A stretch of 64,000 bases of DNA from positions 159,865 through 223,864 of IMG/VR virus record IMGVR_UViG_3300033463_000007; one strand, written 5' to 3'. The notes under the pieces are model-generated. The model was not told the origin of the DNA. It did no database searches and worked only from the letters and a program-made list of their open reading frames with translations. Shown here one piece after another: positions 32,687 through 42,303 of this stretch (position 1 is the stretch's first letter; the number at the start of each line of letters is the position of its first letter). The position numbers and the translations under genes were made by a program. The stretch comes from a virus (Duplodnaviria; Heunggongvirae; Uroviricota; Caudoviricetes).

Positions 32687-33166
32687 ATGTATTGTATTTG
32701 TAAAAATTGTAAACAAAAAGCAGAAGTAGATACTGATCTTATTTATACTACTTTTCCACCACAATATAGATATCATTGTGATTTTTGTGATGAATATGGT
32801 TGGATTTCTATTGATGACCTACGTTCTGAACAAGCCAAAGAAACTTTGAAAGAAAAAATATCAGAAGCACAAGCTGATTTAAATCTAAAAGTATTAATTG
32901 AACAGGTAAAAGAACAAAAAGATGAAATTGAACAGCTAAAAAAAGAAATTGAACAGCTTAAATATATAAATAAACAGATTACTTATGTTCCAATTAATAT
33001 TCCTGAAATTAAAACTACTGAAACTAATCCTTGTGAATATTGTCCTTCTAACCCTAGATATAAAACTAATGGTATTTATGTTGGAGATTCACCTTGTCAA
33101 TGGTGTCCACATTCTCCCTATAGAACAACATGTTCATCAACTACAAATATAAAGGAGAGCAAATAA
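32687..33166 (+). CDS. Hypothetical Cys-rich coiled-coil protein
   Basis: CICKNCKQ...CDFCDEYG zinc-ribbon-like N-terminus, EQLKKEIEQLK coiled coil. Confidence 0.35.
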   Translation: MYCICKNCKQKAEVDTDLIYTTFPPQYRYHCDFCDEYGWISIDDLRSEQAKETLKEKISEAQADLNLKVLIEQVKEQKDEIEQLKKEIEQLKYINKQITYVPINIPEIKTTETNPCEYCPSNPRYKTNGIYVGDSPCQWCPHSPYRTTCSSTTNIKESK

Positions 33167-34009
33167 ATGAGTTTAGCAGATAAATATTTTAAAGACCAAA
33201 TGAAGATTATTAGAGAAACAGGTTTTAACGATAAAGATTATAAAGTAAGAGCCAAGTGGGAAGCCGATGATGTTCCTGCGCATACTATTAAAACTTTTGG
33301 GTATATAACTAGATATGATTTATCTAAAGAGTTTCCAATTTTAACTTTGCGTAGTCAGGGATTTAAAGGAGCTGTTAAAGAACTTCTTTGGATTTTTCAA
33401 AAGAAATCTACAAATATTAATGATTTAGGTTTACATATTTGGGATGCTTGGGCAGATGAAAATGGAGATTTAGGAAAAACTTATGCTTATCCTTTAAGAG
33501 AAAAAATAAAATATCCAGAAGGTGAGTTTGATCAAGTTGATTATTTACTTTATCAATTAAAAAATAATCCAATGGATAGGAGAATGATGTTACAGTTGTT
33601 TGATCCCCACAATGTAATAGCTACAAAATTACCTCCTTGTGTTATGACTTATCTATTTGATGTTTCTGATGGAAAATTAAATATGACAGTTATTCAAAGA
33701 AGTGGTGATTGTTTAGCTGCGGCTGCAGCAGGTGGCTGGGATGAAATTGGTGAAGCAGTTTTACAGCATATGTTAGCACAGGTTTCTGGTTTAAAAGTAG
33801 GCGAAATGGTGCATTTAACAAATAATCTTCATATTTATGATAGACATATGCAATATATAGATGAGATTTTAGCGAACCCAGAATATGAAGCACCAACATT
33901 TTGGATTAATCCTGAAATTACTAACTTTTATGATTTTAGACTAGAAGATTTTAAATTAGATAATTATCAAGCTACAAAACTCTCTACTAAGTTTGATGTT
34001 GCAGTATAA
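33167..34009 (+). CDS. thyA: Thymidylate synthase family enzyme (ThyA-like; atypical FDP...LPPCV motifs, possible dNMP hydroxymethylase)
   Basis: LPPCVMTYLF (Cys nucleophile), RSGD, folate-binding region; canonical WNP and PCH are replaced by FDP and PCV. Confidence 0.65.
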   Translation: MSLADKYFKDQMKIIRETGFNDKDYKVRAKWEADDVPAHTIKTFGYITRYDLSKEFPILTLRSQGFKGAVKELLWIFQKKSTNINDLGLHIWDAWADENGDLGKTYAYPLREKIKYPEGEFDQVDYLLYQLKNNPMDRRMMLQLFDPHNVIATKLPPCVMTYLFDVSDGKLNMTVIQRSGDCLAAAAAGGWDEIGEAVLQHMLAQVSGLKVGEMVHLTNNLHIYDRHMQYIDEILANPEYEAPTFWINPEITNFYDFRLEDFKLDNYQATKLSTKFDVAV

Positions 34010-34101
34010 TTAGTGTAATATATAATTTAAAAGGCAAAGTGCTTAAATATTAAGCACTTTTATTGTATATAATTATATATATTCAAAATTTGGAGGATTA
34101 T

Positions 34102-34554
34102 ATGCAAAAAATTTATTTAGCCAGTTCTTTTGCCTATGCAGATAGAGAAAAAACAGAAGAACGAAAAGCAATAATGCAGCAATTTGAATCTAATTTAATT
34201 GAACGAGGTTTTATAGTATATAATCCTTCAAAACTTAAAATTCCTAATGCTTGGGATTATTCTATGTGGGATTGGGGACAGCTTGTATTTGAGGCTGACT
34301 ATAAAGAATTAAATAATTGTGATTTAGTTGTTTTTATATCTTATGGAAAAGAAAATAATGCAGGATCAGCTTGGGAAGTAGGTTATGCATATGCAAAAAA
34401 TATTCCTATTATTATGGTAAGTATGGATAAAAATAGTCCAGAAAGTTTAATGTTATTACATTCTGCTCGAGCTTGTCTAGCTGGTTTTGAAGAATTTATT
34501 AATTATGACTTAAGTATCTTACCCAAGACTAAGATTGATGTTGTTGAAAGTTAA
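34102..34554 (+). CDS. Nucleoside 2-deoxyribosyltransferase-like protein
   Basis: KIYLASSFAY N-terminus and NAGSAWEVGYAYAKNIPII catalytic Glu region. Confidence 0.5.
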   Translation: MQKIYLASSFAYADREKTEERKAIMQQFESNLIERGFIVYNPSKLKIPNAWDYSMWDWGQLVFEADYKELNNCDLVVFISYGKENNAGSAWEVGYAYAKNIPIIMVSMDKNSPESLMLLHSARACLAGFEEFINYDLSILPKTKIDVVES

Positions 34555-34560
34555 CATAAA

Positions 34561-35124
34561 ATGAAATTATTACAACATTTAAAAACTATACATATACATA
34601 GGAAATACGTAAGAAAAGCTTGCTTTAAAGTTGGACTTTTTTGGCAAGGACTATTACATGATTTAAGTAAATATTCTATAATAGAATTAGGTATAGCAAA
34701 ATATTATACTGGTAAAAAATCTCCTCACCAAACCTGTCGAGAAATACTTGGATATAGTCCTTCTTGGAATCATCATTATCATCATAATAAACACCATTTT
34801 CAATTTTGGTGGGATGAGAATGAAGCAGGTCAAATTATTCCTATAAAGATGCCCTATAAATATATTGTAGAATCTGTTTGTGATATGCTTGGAGCGAGTA
34901 AAGCATATAACAGAGAAAATTGGAAGCCAGTAATACTTTGGAATTATTGGATATCTAAATGTAAAGGTAAGCGAATTATGCATGAATCATCGATTTATCT
35001 TACAGAAAAACTTCTTAATTATATTTATATGCATGGAGAACAAGAATTTTATATCTGGTATAAAAAATATAAAAATTATTTAAAAGAACATTATAATAAT
35101 GATAATAATAATTTAAATTATTAA
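34561..35124 (+). CDS. Hypothetical His-rich protein (paralog of 9346..9951)
   Basis: Shared HH..N.HH and DM..ASK motifs. Confidence 0.35.
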   Translation: MKLLQHLKTIHIHRKYVRKACFKVGLFWQGLLHDLSKYSIIELGIAKYYTGKKSPHQTCREILGYSPSWNHHYHHNKHHFQFWWDENEAGQIIPIKMPYKYIVESVCDMLGASKAYNRENWKPVILWNYWISKCKGKRIMHESSIYLTEKLLNYIYMHGEQEFYIWYKKYKNYLKEHYNNDNNNLNY

Positions 35125-35144
35125 TACGGAAAAAGGATTACGCT

Positions 35145-35201
35145 ATGAAAACATTATTACTTATGCGAGGTGCCCCTGTTTTATATGCCTATAAAAGATA
35201 G
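35145..35201 (+). CDS. 18-codon ORF duplicating the N-terminus of the downstream Pnkp-like gene (MKTLLLMRGAP...)
   Basis: MKTLLLMRGAP vs MRTLLLLRGAP at 35323; own RBS AAAAGGA. Confidence 0.3.
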   Translation: MKTLLLMRGAPVLYAYKR

Positions 35202-35322
35202 AGCTAATAAAATTTTAAAATTACGTCGTATTAAAAAATAGTTTAAAAACTTTTAAAAATAAAATAATTATTATAATATATATATAATCTATAGATTATA
35301 TAATGGAAGGTAGGTGATTATT

Positions 35323-37539
35323 ATGCGCACTCTCTTACTTTTAAGAGGTGCTCCTTAGCCAGGAGCAGGTAAGTCAACTTGGATACAGCAACACAATTTA
35401 CATGATTATACTATTTGTCCTGATGAGTTACGAGTTCTTTGTGCCTCAAAAGAGCTTATGGCTAACGGTGAGTATACAATTACTCAAGAAAGAAATAATG
35501 AAAATAAAGTATGGTCTTTATTATTTGATATTCTTGAATATAGAATGTCAAGAGGTGAATTTACTGTTATAGATGCTACTTGTTCTAAAACAAGAGATAT
35601 TCAACAGTATAAGGATCTTGCAGATCATTATAGATATAGAGTATATATTGTAGATTTTACAAAAGTGCCTCTTGAAACTTGTTTAGCACAAAATAAGCAG
35701 CGTCATCCCGATAAGTGGGTTCCGGATGATGCAATTAAAAATATTTATGCTAGATTTGCTACCCAGCCTATTCCTAAAGGTGTGTCTGTAATTCAGCCTG
35801 ATGAATTTGATACAATTTTAGAAACTCCTTTTGATGTATCTAACTATAGAAAATTAGTATTCATTGGAGATATTCATGGTTGTTATGATACTTTAATGCA
35901 GTATCCTGATTTCAAAGATGGATTAAAAGATGATACAGAATATATTTTTATTGGAGACTATATTGATAGGGGCAATCAAAATTATGAAGTCTTAAAGTTT
36001 CTTGGCGAAATAAAAGACCTTCCTAATGTTTGCTTACTTGTAGGAAATCATGAAAATCATATTCAAGATTTTGGAGACGGTATTACTGCAAAATCTAGGG
36101 AGTTTGAAGAAAAAACTAAAGTAGAGCTTCAGACAAAGGGATATACAGAAAAAGAAGCTAGAATGTTTTATAGAAAACTTAGACAGTTTTCTCACATCAC
36201 TTGGAATAGTTTTGAAATTCTAGCTTGTCACGGGGGAATTCCTAATCTTACAAAAAATCTACTCTATGTACCTTCTGAAAAACTTATTAAAGGATCAGGG
36301 TCTTATAGTGATTATTTAACGGTTACTGCTTCTTGGATGGCCCAGACAAATAGTAATCAATATTTAATTCATGGTCATAGAAATACTGAAGGTAGTGAAA
36401 CACAGATTGCTGATCGAGTTTTTAATCTTGAAGGCAAAGTAGAATTTGGTGGGCAGCTAAGAATTGTTGAATTAGATAAAGATGGTTTTCATACTATTGA
36501 GCTTGATGATTGTCAGCCAATTACTGAAGATCTTAATACCGAAACTCGACCGGTAGAGACAGTTGAAGACGCCATTTCTTATCTTAGAAATAATAAGTTT
36601 ATTCAAGAAAAGAAATTAAATGAACAAATATCTTCATTTAATTTTACCCGTGATGCTTTTTATAAAGGAAATTGGAATAGACAAACAATTCTAGCTCGTG
36701 GATTATTTATTGATACTGAAGCTAAAAAGATTATGGCTAGATCATACGAAAAATTCTTTAAAATTGGTGAAGTAAATTCTACTGAATTAGCTGTTTTAAA
36801 AAGTAAATTACAGTTTCCTGTAAGTGCATATGTTAAAGAAAACGGTTTTTTAGCTATTGTATCTTATGATTATAGAAATGATGATTTATTCATTGCATCT
36901 AAATCGACTAATCAAGGAGACTATGTTGAATATATCAAGACTGCTATCGAACCGTATAAAATAAATTTATTTAATTATTTAAAATATGCTAATGAAAATG
37001 GCAATAATATCTCTATGGTATTTGAATGTGAAGATCCTGAGCATGACCCACACATTATTAAATATAATAAGCTTAGAGTAGTTTTATTAGATATAATTTC
37101 TAACCAACTTGATTTTTTTGCTTGGCCTTATGAGCTAACTAAAAAAGTTGCAGAAGAAGTAATTTATTGTCCTGTAAAAGAAAAAGCATATGAATTTAAA
37201 GATTGGGACTCTTTTAGGGAATTTTATTCTGAAATCCAAGAAGATGATTATCAGTATAATGGAAAATATGTAGAAGGATTTGTATTTGTAGATTCTAACG
37301 GATTTCAAACAAAGTGTAAGACTCCTTATTATAATCAATGGAAAAAACTTAGAGGTGTTGCAGACCAGACTCTAAGACAGGGTTATATAGTAAAAACAGG
37401 AATGTTAATTAATTCTTTAGAAAATCTTTTTTATGGTTTTTGTAAAGATTTATATAAAACTTATAGAGATCCTGAAACAAAAACTTATCCATTTAAAACT
37501 GATATTATATCTTTAAGAGAAAGGTTTTTAGTTAATTAA
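35323..37539 (+). CDS. Polynucleotide kinase-phosphatase-ligase (Pnkp-like RNA repair enzyme) with in-frame TAG at codon 12 (35356-35358)
   Basis: P-loop LLRGAP-TAG-PGAGKSTW; metallophosphoesterase GDIHG...GDYIDRG...GNHE; C-terminal nucleotidyltransferase/ligase VKENGFLAIVSY (KxNG motif I); ORF 35458..37539 is the same frame. Confidence 0.5.
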
Positions 37540-37540
37540 T

Positions 37541-37981
37541 ATGACTAAAGATGAATATTATATTAAAATAGCTGAAGCAGTATGTCTTAAGTCAAAATGT
37601 TTTAAAAAACATTATGGATCTGTTATTGTAAAAAATGATACTGTAGTTAGCACAGGTTATAATGGCACAGCTCGCGGTGAAGCAGAATGTACTATTTGTA
37701 CAAAAATAGATTCAGATAAAGATTTAAAAGAATATTCTACTTGTCCTGCTATTCATTCTGAAATGAATGCAATTATTTCAGCATCAAGAGAAGAAATGTT
37801 AGGCTCAACTCTTTATCTAGCTGGCTGGGATGTGGCTAAAGAATGCTTCATAGAAGCTAAACCTTGTGAAATTTGTTTACGTCTTATCAAAAATGCTGGC
37901 ATAGATAGAGTTGTTAATTCTTCTGGTACACTCTATTTAAGAAATAATTTTGGTATTTTAAATAAAATAGAGGCTAATTAG
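37541..37981 (+). CDS. dCMP deaminase
   Basis: HSEMNAI and PCEICLRLI zinc-binding CDA motifs. Confidence 0.7.
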   Translation: MTKDEYYIKIAEAVCLKSKCFKKHYGSVIVKNDTVVSTGYNGTARGEAECTICTKIDSDKDLKEYSTCPAIHSEMNAIISASREEMLGSTLYLAGWDVAKECFIEAKPCEICLRLIKNAGIDRVVNSSGTLYLRNNFGILNKIEAN

Positions 37982-38029
37982 CCTCTATTTCTATATTTCA
38001 ATACTGTATAATATAAAGAAAATAATATT

Positions 38030-38563
38030 TTGAAGAGGCACTTAATGATTAAATGTATAGTATGTGCAGATAATAATTGGGCAATTGGTAAAAATAATGG
38101 TTTATTATATCAGCTTAAAGAGGATATGAAACATTTTCAGCAGAGTACTATTAAGTATGGTGAAAATTTTATAGTTATGGGTGAAAATACTTTTAAATCT
38201 TTGCCAAATAGCAAACCATTAAAAAATAGAATAAATATTGTACTTTGTAAACCAGAGTCTGAATATGAAGATTGTATTTGTATACATGATTTTTATAAGC
38301 TAGTTGATTTTATTAAAATTTTAGCTAAAACTTATACAGTTTGGATTATTGGTGGTGCAATGCTTTATCAGTCAATGTTACCTTTTTATGATGAGATAAT
38401 AGTTACAAAAGTAGATGCACAAGATTCAGAAGCAACAGCATATTTTCCAGATTTGGATGAATTAGTTGATGATTTTAAAATAGTAGAAGAATCAAAATCT
38501 TTTGAAGATAATGGCTATAATATTAGATTTGTTATTTATAAAAGAATGAAGGAGCAAAATTAA
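38030..38563 (+). CDS. folA: Dihydrofolate reductase
   Basis: MIKCIVCADNN-W-AIGKNNGLLYQLKEDMKHFQ N-terminal DHFR signature; GGAMLYQSMLP. Confidence 0.75.
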   Translation: MKRHLMIKCIVCADNNWAIGKNNGLLYQLKEDMKHFQQSTIKYGENFIVMGENTFKSLPNSKPLKNRINIVLCKPESEYEDCICIHDFYKLVDFIKILAKTYTVWIIGGAMLYQSMLPFYDEIIVTKVDAQDSEATAYFPDLDELVDDFKIVEESKSFEDNGYNIRFVIYKRMKEQN

Positions 38564-38564
38564 T

Positions 38565-39440
38565 ATGGCAAGAAAAAATGCAGACTATAGATCCCCTATT
38601 TTTTATAATATTTTAAATGAAGTAAATGATGAATTAAGAGAAAATTCTTGCCCTGAAATTTCAGCAGACATGGGAGCTATTTTTGAATCACAATTTGATA
38701 TAGGAAAATATGATACCACAGTAATATGGCGAGTAACAAGTAAAAATTGTCCGCAATTAAAAGATCCTAAAATTATATCTAAACTTAAAAAAAGATTAAC
38801 TTATAAATTTCCGAATTATATTCAAAATAAAATTATTAAATTAGCAGATCCTTCATGGCAAAAAGATAAGCAAGGTAATTTTATTGGTTCAATTGTTATA
38901 AAAATTACTGAATTAGAAGATAATATTATTACTCGTGAAGATTTAGACCTTTATAATAAAGGAGATTTTGATGCAATTCAGCATTGTTTTGAAATTGAAT
39001 CACGCATGTATAGGCGTCCTGGTGACACTAGAGATCAAGCTACACGACTTAATGATTTTACTGATGCATTAATCTATGAACCCCTGCTAGAAAAAACTCA
39101 ATTAAAAGGCATCACTAATTTAAAACTGCAGCATCAAGTAGAAGCTATAACATTAGAGACTGATAAAAAACCTGATTTTATTGGTACAATTAATAACAAT
39201 CAAGTTAAAATAGAAGGTAAATCAACACGTGTTGCTAAGCAATATTTAGATACTCCAATAGGACATCATGAATTTGCTGCTTATTTTAAGCATAGATTAG
39301 AATCAACTGGTTCTGAAAGTATAGGTAGTATTCATGAAACCGACTATGTGTTATTTGTACTTAAAAAAACAGGCGATGTAATTTGTATTAATGCAAATAA
39401 TTTTGAAGATAACTGGTTAGCTGGTAAAATTAATTTTTAA
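38565..39440 (+). CDS. Hypothetical protein
   Basis: 291-aa ORF. Confidence 0.4.
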   Translation: MARKNADYRSPIFYNILNEVNDELRENSCPEISADMGAIFESQFDIGKYDTTVIWRVTSKNCPQLKDPKIISKLKKRLTYKFPNYIQNKIIKLADPSWQKDKQGNFIGSIVIKITELEDNIITREDLDLYNKGDFDAIQHCFEIESRMYRRPGDTRDQATRLNDFTDALIYEPLLEKTQLKGITNLKLQHQVEAITLETDKKPDFIGTINNNQVKIEGKSTRVAKQYLDTPIGHHEFAAYFKHRLESTGSESIGSIHETDYVLFVLKKTGDVICINANNFEDNWLAGKINF

Positions 39441-39496
39441 TGATAATTTTAGTAATAATTATATTATTTATTTTATAGAGATTGGAGACACTATAA

Positions 39497-39778
39497 ATGA
39501 TACTTCATTTAAAAGATGGTAGATATATAGATGCTGAGGCATATGGACTTTCTACTTGGGGCTCTTTAAATCAAAAATATATTGAGAAAAAACAAAAATA
39601 TTGGTATATAGTTGAAAGCTGCTGTTTTGACCCAAGACATGACGAATGGTCAAAATATGAAACAAAATTAAATGTAGTAGAAGAACTTCATGAATTGCCA
39701 AAAAACTGTAAGCTAGAAAATCAGTCAGATGCTAACTATTTTAAATTAATGTATGAGGAGCATAAAAATGGAAATTAA
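39497..39778 (+). CDS. Hypothetical protein
   Basis: ORF with RBS GGAGACA. Confidence 0.3.
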   Translation: MILHLKDGRYIDAEAYGLSTWGSLNQKYIEKKQKYWYIVESCCFDPRHDEWSKYETKLNVVEELHELPKNCKLENQSDANYFKLMYEEHKNGN

Positions 39779-39956
39779 GAGAATTATTAATGTAAGTAAA
39801 GATGAATTAGAGACCCTAGTAAAAGCAGGTACTATTTTAGGTGAAATTAAAAATGAATATAAGCCAAATAGTACAGATTCTCTTGGAACTGAAACTATAG
39901 ATATTTTAAATGCACTTAAGACAGTTATTGACACACTTATATATCGAGGAGACTAA
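39768..39956 (+). CDS. Hypothetical small protein
   Basis: ATG after GAGGAGCATAAAA. Confidence 0.3.
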   Translation: MEIKRIINVSKDELETLVKAGTILGEIKNEYKPNSTDSLGTETIDILNALKTVIDTLIYRGD

Positions 39957-39958
39957 CA

Positions 39959-40165
39959 ATGCAACTTTTTTATGATGTTCATTTTAGTAATAAAAAATCA
40001 AATCGTTTTTCATCTAAAGAAGAAGCTTATAAATTTGCGCATGAAAAACAGTTAAGACAGAAAAAACCAGTCATTATAAAAACAATAATGTTTAGTGATG
40101 ATTTTCTTGATTGGTCAATTATAGATGAAAGAAATTTTGTGGAGCCTGAGAGAGTAAATGATTAG
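39959..40165 (+). CDS. Hypothetical small protein
   Basis: 68-aa ORF. Confidence 0.3.
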   Translation: MQLFYDVHFSNKKSNRFSSKEEAYKFAHEKQLRQKKPVIIKTIMFSDDFLDWSIIDERNFVEPERVND

Positions 40166-40958
40166 TATAAAAGATTATGTAGAGAATAGAAAAGCACAAA
40201 TTAAAGATGAAGTTAGTAAATTAACAATAAAACCAAAACTTGTTATAGTTCAGGTTGGAAATGTAGAGGCTTCGAATCGTTATGTAAAAAATAAAATGAA
40301 AGATTGTGCAGAATGTGGTATTCCTTGTGAATTAATTCATTTAGATGAAACAATTACAGAGGCAGAACTTTTATCTACTATTATTGATTTAAATAATAAT
40401 CCAACTGTAACAGGTTTTATTGTACAGCTTCCTCTTCCAAAACATATTAGAGAATCTATAGTTATTGAAGCTATTGATCCTAAAAAAGATGTAGATGGTT
40501 TTTCTAAATTAGCTTTAGTGTCTCCAGGTACTCCGCAAGGTGTTATTGATTTTCTTGATTTTAATAATATAGATTATACTGATAAAAACGCGGTAGTTAT
40601 TGGTAGATCAAATATTGTAGGTAAACCAATGGCTAAATTACTTTTAGAAAAGAATTGTAATGTTGTACAACTTCATTCTAAAACATCAGAAGAAAATAAA
40701 CGTAAGTTTTTAAAAGAAGCAGATCTTATTGTAGTTGCAGTTGGTCATAGAAATATTATAGATACATCTTATGAATTAAAACCCTCTTGTATTATTATGG
40801 ATATTGGAATGAATATTAATGATGAAGGTAAACTTTGTGGTGATGTTGAACAAGACTTACCTGTATATTTTAAATCCCCAACACCTGGAGGTTCAGGACT
40901 TCTTACAAGATTAGCTTTAATAACTAATTTAATTAAATTATATAAATTGCAAAATTAA
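40158..40958 (+). CDS. folD: Bifunctional methylenetetrahydrofolate dehydrogenase/cyclohydrolase
   Basis: KLVIVQVGNVEASNRYVKNKMK, GFIVQLPLP, VVIGRSNIVGKPMA FolD motifs. Confidence 0.75.
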   Translation: MISIKDYVENRKAQIKDEVSKLTIKPKLVIVQVGNVEASNRYVKNKMKDCAECGIPCELIHLDETITEAELLSTIIDLNNNPTVTGFIVQLPLPKHIRESIVIEAIDPKKDVDGFSKLALVSPGTPQGVIDFLDFNNIDYTDKNAVVIGRSNIVGKPMAKLLLEKNCNVVQLHSKTSEENKRKFLKEADLIVVAVGHRNIIDTSYELKPSCIIMDIGMNINDEGKLCGDVEQDLPVYFKSPTPGGSGLLTRLALITNLIKLYKLQN

Positions 40959-41042
40959 ACAAAATTTTTCTTAAAGATCCTAAATATTTAGGGTCTTTAA
41001 TTGTATATTATAGTAATTCCAATTTATGATTAGGAGATTTTT

Positions 41043-41609
41043 ATGATACAGTTTATTAAAACAATGTTGGTAAAGAATCCAGTTAGAAATGTAGCTGAAA
41101 ATGCAGGTATTGACTTTTTTATCCCCGAAAATACTGCAGATTTTATTGTAGCTTTAAAAGATAAGAATCCAACGCTTAATATAATTAACGATATTAATGC
41201 CGCTGGCAAAATTAATTTATTATTTTTAAATAAGCAGTCATATATAACGCTTTATGATGGTAAGATTCATATTGCACCCCACCATGATATTATTATTCCG
41301 CTTGGTATTAAGAGTAAGTTTAGTCATGGTTTAGCACTTATTGCAAATAATAAATCTGGTATTGCAACAAAAAAGAAGCTTATTTTTGGTGCTTCTGTAA
41401 TTGACGAAAGTTACCAAGGTGTTTGGCATGGCCATATGATTAATTGGTCTGATGAATTTCAAGAAATTGATTGTGGACAGAAAATTATTCAGTTTATTCC
41501 ACATTTTATTTCAACAGATGAACTTGAAGTATTAGATATGTCAGAAGAAGAATTTTTTACAGAAAAAACATCAAGAGCCGAAGGTTGGGCAGGTAGTACT
41601 GGAGTATAA
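41043..41609 (+). CDS. dUTPase / dCTP deaminase-like protein
   Basis: GASVIDESYQGV-WH resembles dUTPase motif 3 (G.IDxDYRG). Confidence 0.45.
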   Translation: MIQFIKTMLVKNPVRNVAENAGIDFFIPENTADFIVALKDKNPTLNIINDINAAGKINLLFLNKQSYITLYDGKIHIAPHHDIIIPLGIKSKFSHGLALIANNKSGIATKKKLIFGASVIDESYQGVWHGHMINWSDEFQEIDCGQKIIQFIPHFISTDELEVLDMSEEEFFTEKTSRAEGWAGSTGV

Positions 41610-41628
41610 TTTTAAAGGGGCGCATTAA

Positions 41629-42303
41629 ATGGAGTGTTGGCTTTATAATAGTTGTAATCACAAAGACTGTGATAAAGATTTTTGCTTAAGAAGATATAAA
41701 TTAGATTATTTATATAATAATTCTTTATTATCTGACGTTCAGCGAAATCATACAAATATTTTTACAGATGAAGATGGGACTGATCTAGAAGAATTTAAAA
41801 AGCTGGCAGATATTCAAACAAATATTGAATCTTTTGTACTTACTGGAAAAAATCTCTATATTTATTCTTCAAATGCTGGAAACGGTAAGACTACTTGGGC
41901 AGTTAGGTTGATTCAAGCTTATTTTAATAAAATTTGGCCAAAAACGCCGCTTATGTGTAAAGCTTTATTTATTAGTGTACCAAGATTTTTGGTGGCCTTA
42001 AAAGATAATATTTCAGCTAAAAGTGATTATATTGAGTTTATAAAAAATAATATTATGATTGCTGACTTAGTAGTTTGGGATGATCTTGGCGCAAAGGTTG
42101 CAACAAATTATGAAGTAGATCAGTTATTAAGTTTAATTGATGGTAGAATAGCTCTTGGTAAATCAAATATCTATACCTCTAATCTAAATTCAAAAGAAAT
42201 GTATGATAACTTCGGAGAGAGGCTAGCCAGTAGAGTTTGTAATTTTAGTATTAATATTGAATTTAAAGGTGCAGACAAAAGACAAATTGGAGGTGCTAAT
42301 TAA
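41629..42303 (+). CDS. DnaC/IstB-like helicase loader ATPase
   Basis: Walker A SSNAGNGKTTWA; Walker B LVVWDDLG. Confidence 0.55.
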   Translation: MECWLYNSCNHKDCDKDFCLRRYKLDYLYNNSLLSDVQRNHTNIFTDEDGTDLEEFKKLADIQTNIESFVLTGKNLYIYSSNAGNGKTTWAVRLIQAYFNKIWPKTPLMCKALFISVPRFLVALKDNISAKSDYIEFIKNNIMIADLVVWDDLGAKVATNYEVDQLLSLIDGRIALGKSNIYTSNLNSKEMYDNFGERLASRVCNFSINIEFKGADKRQIGGAN

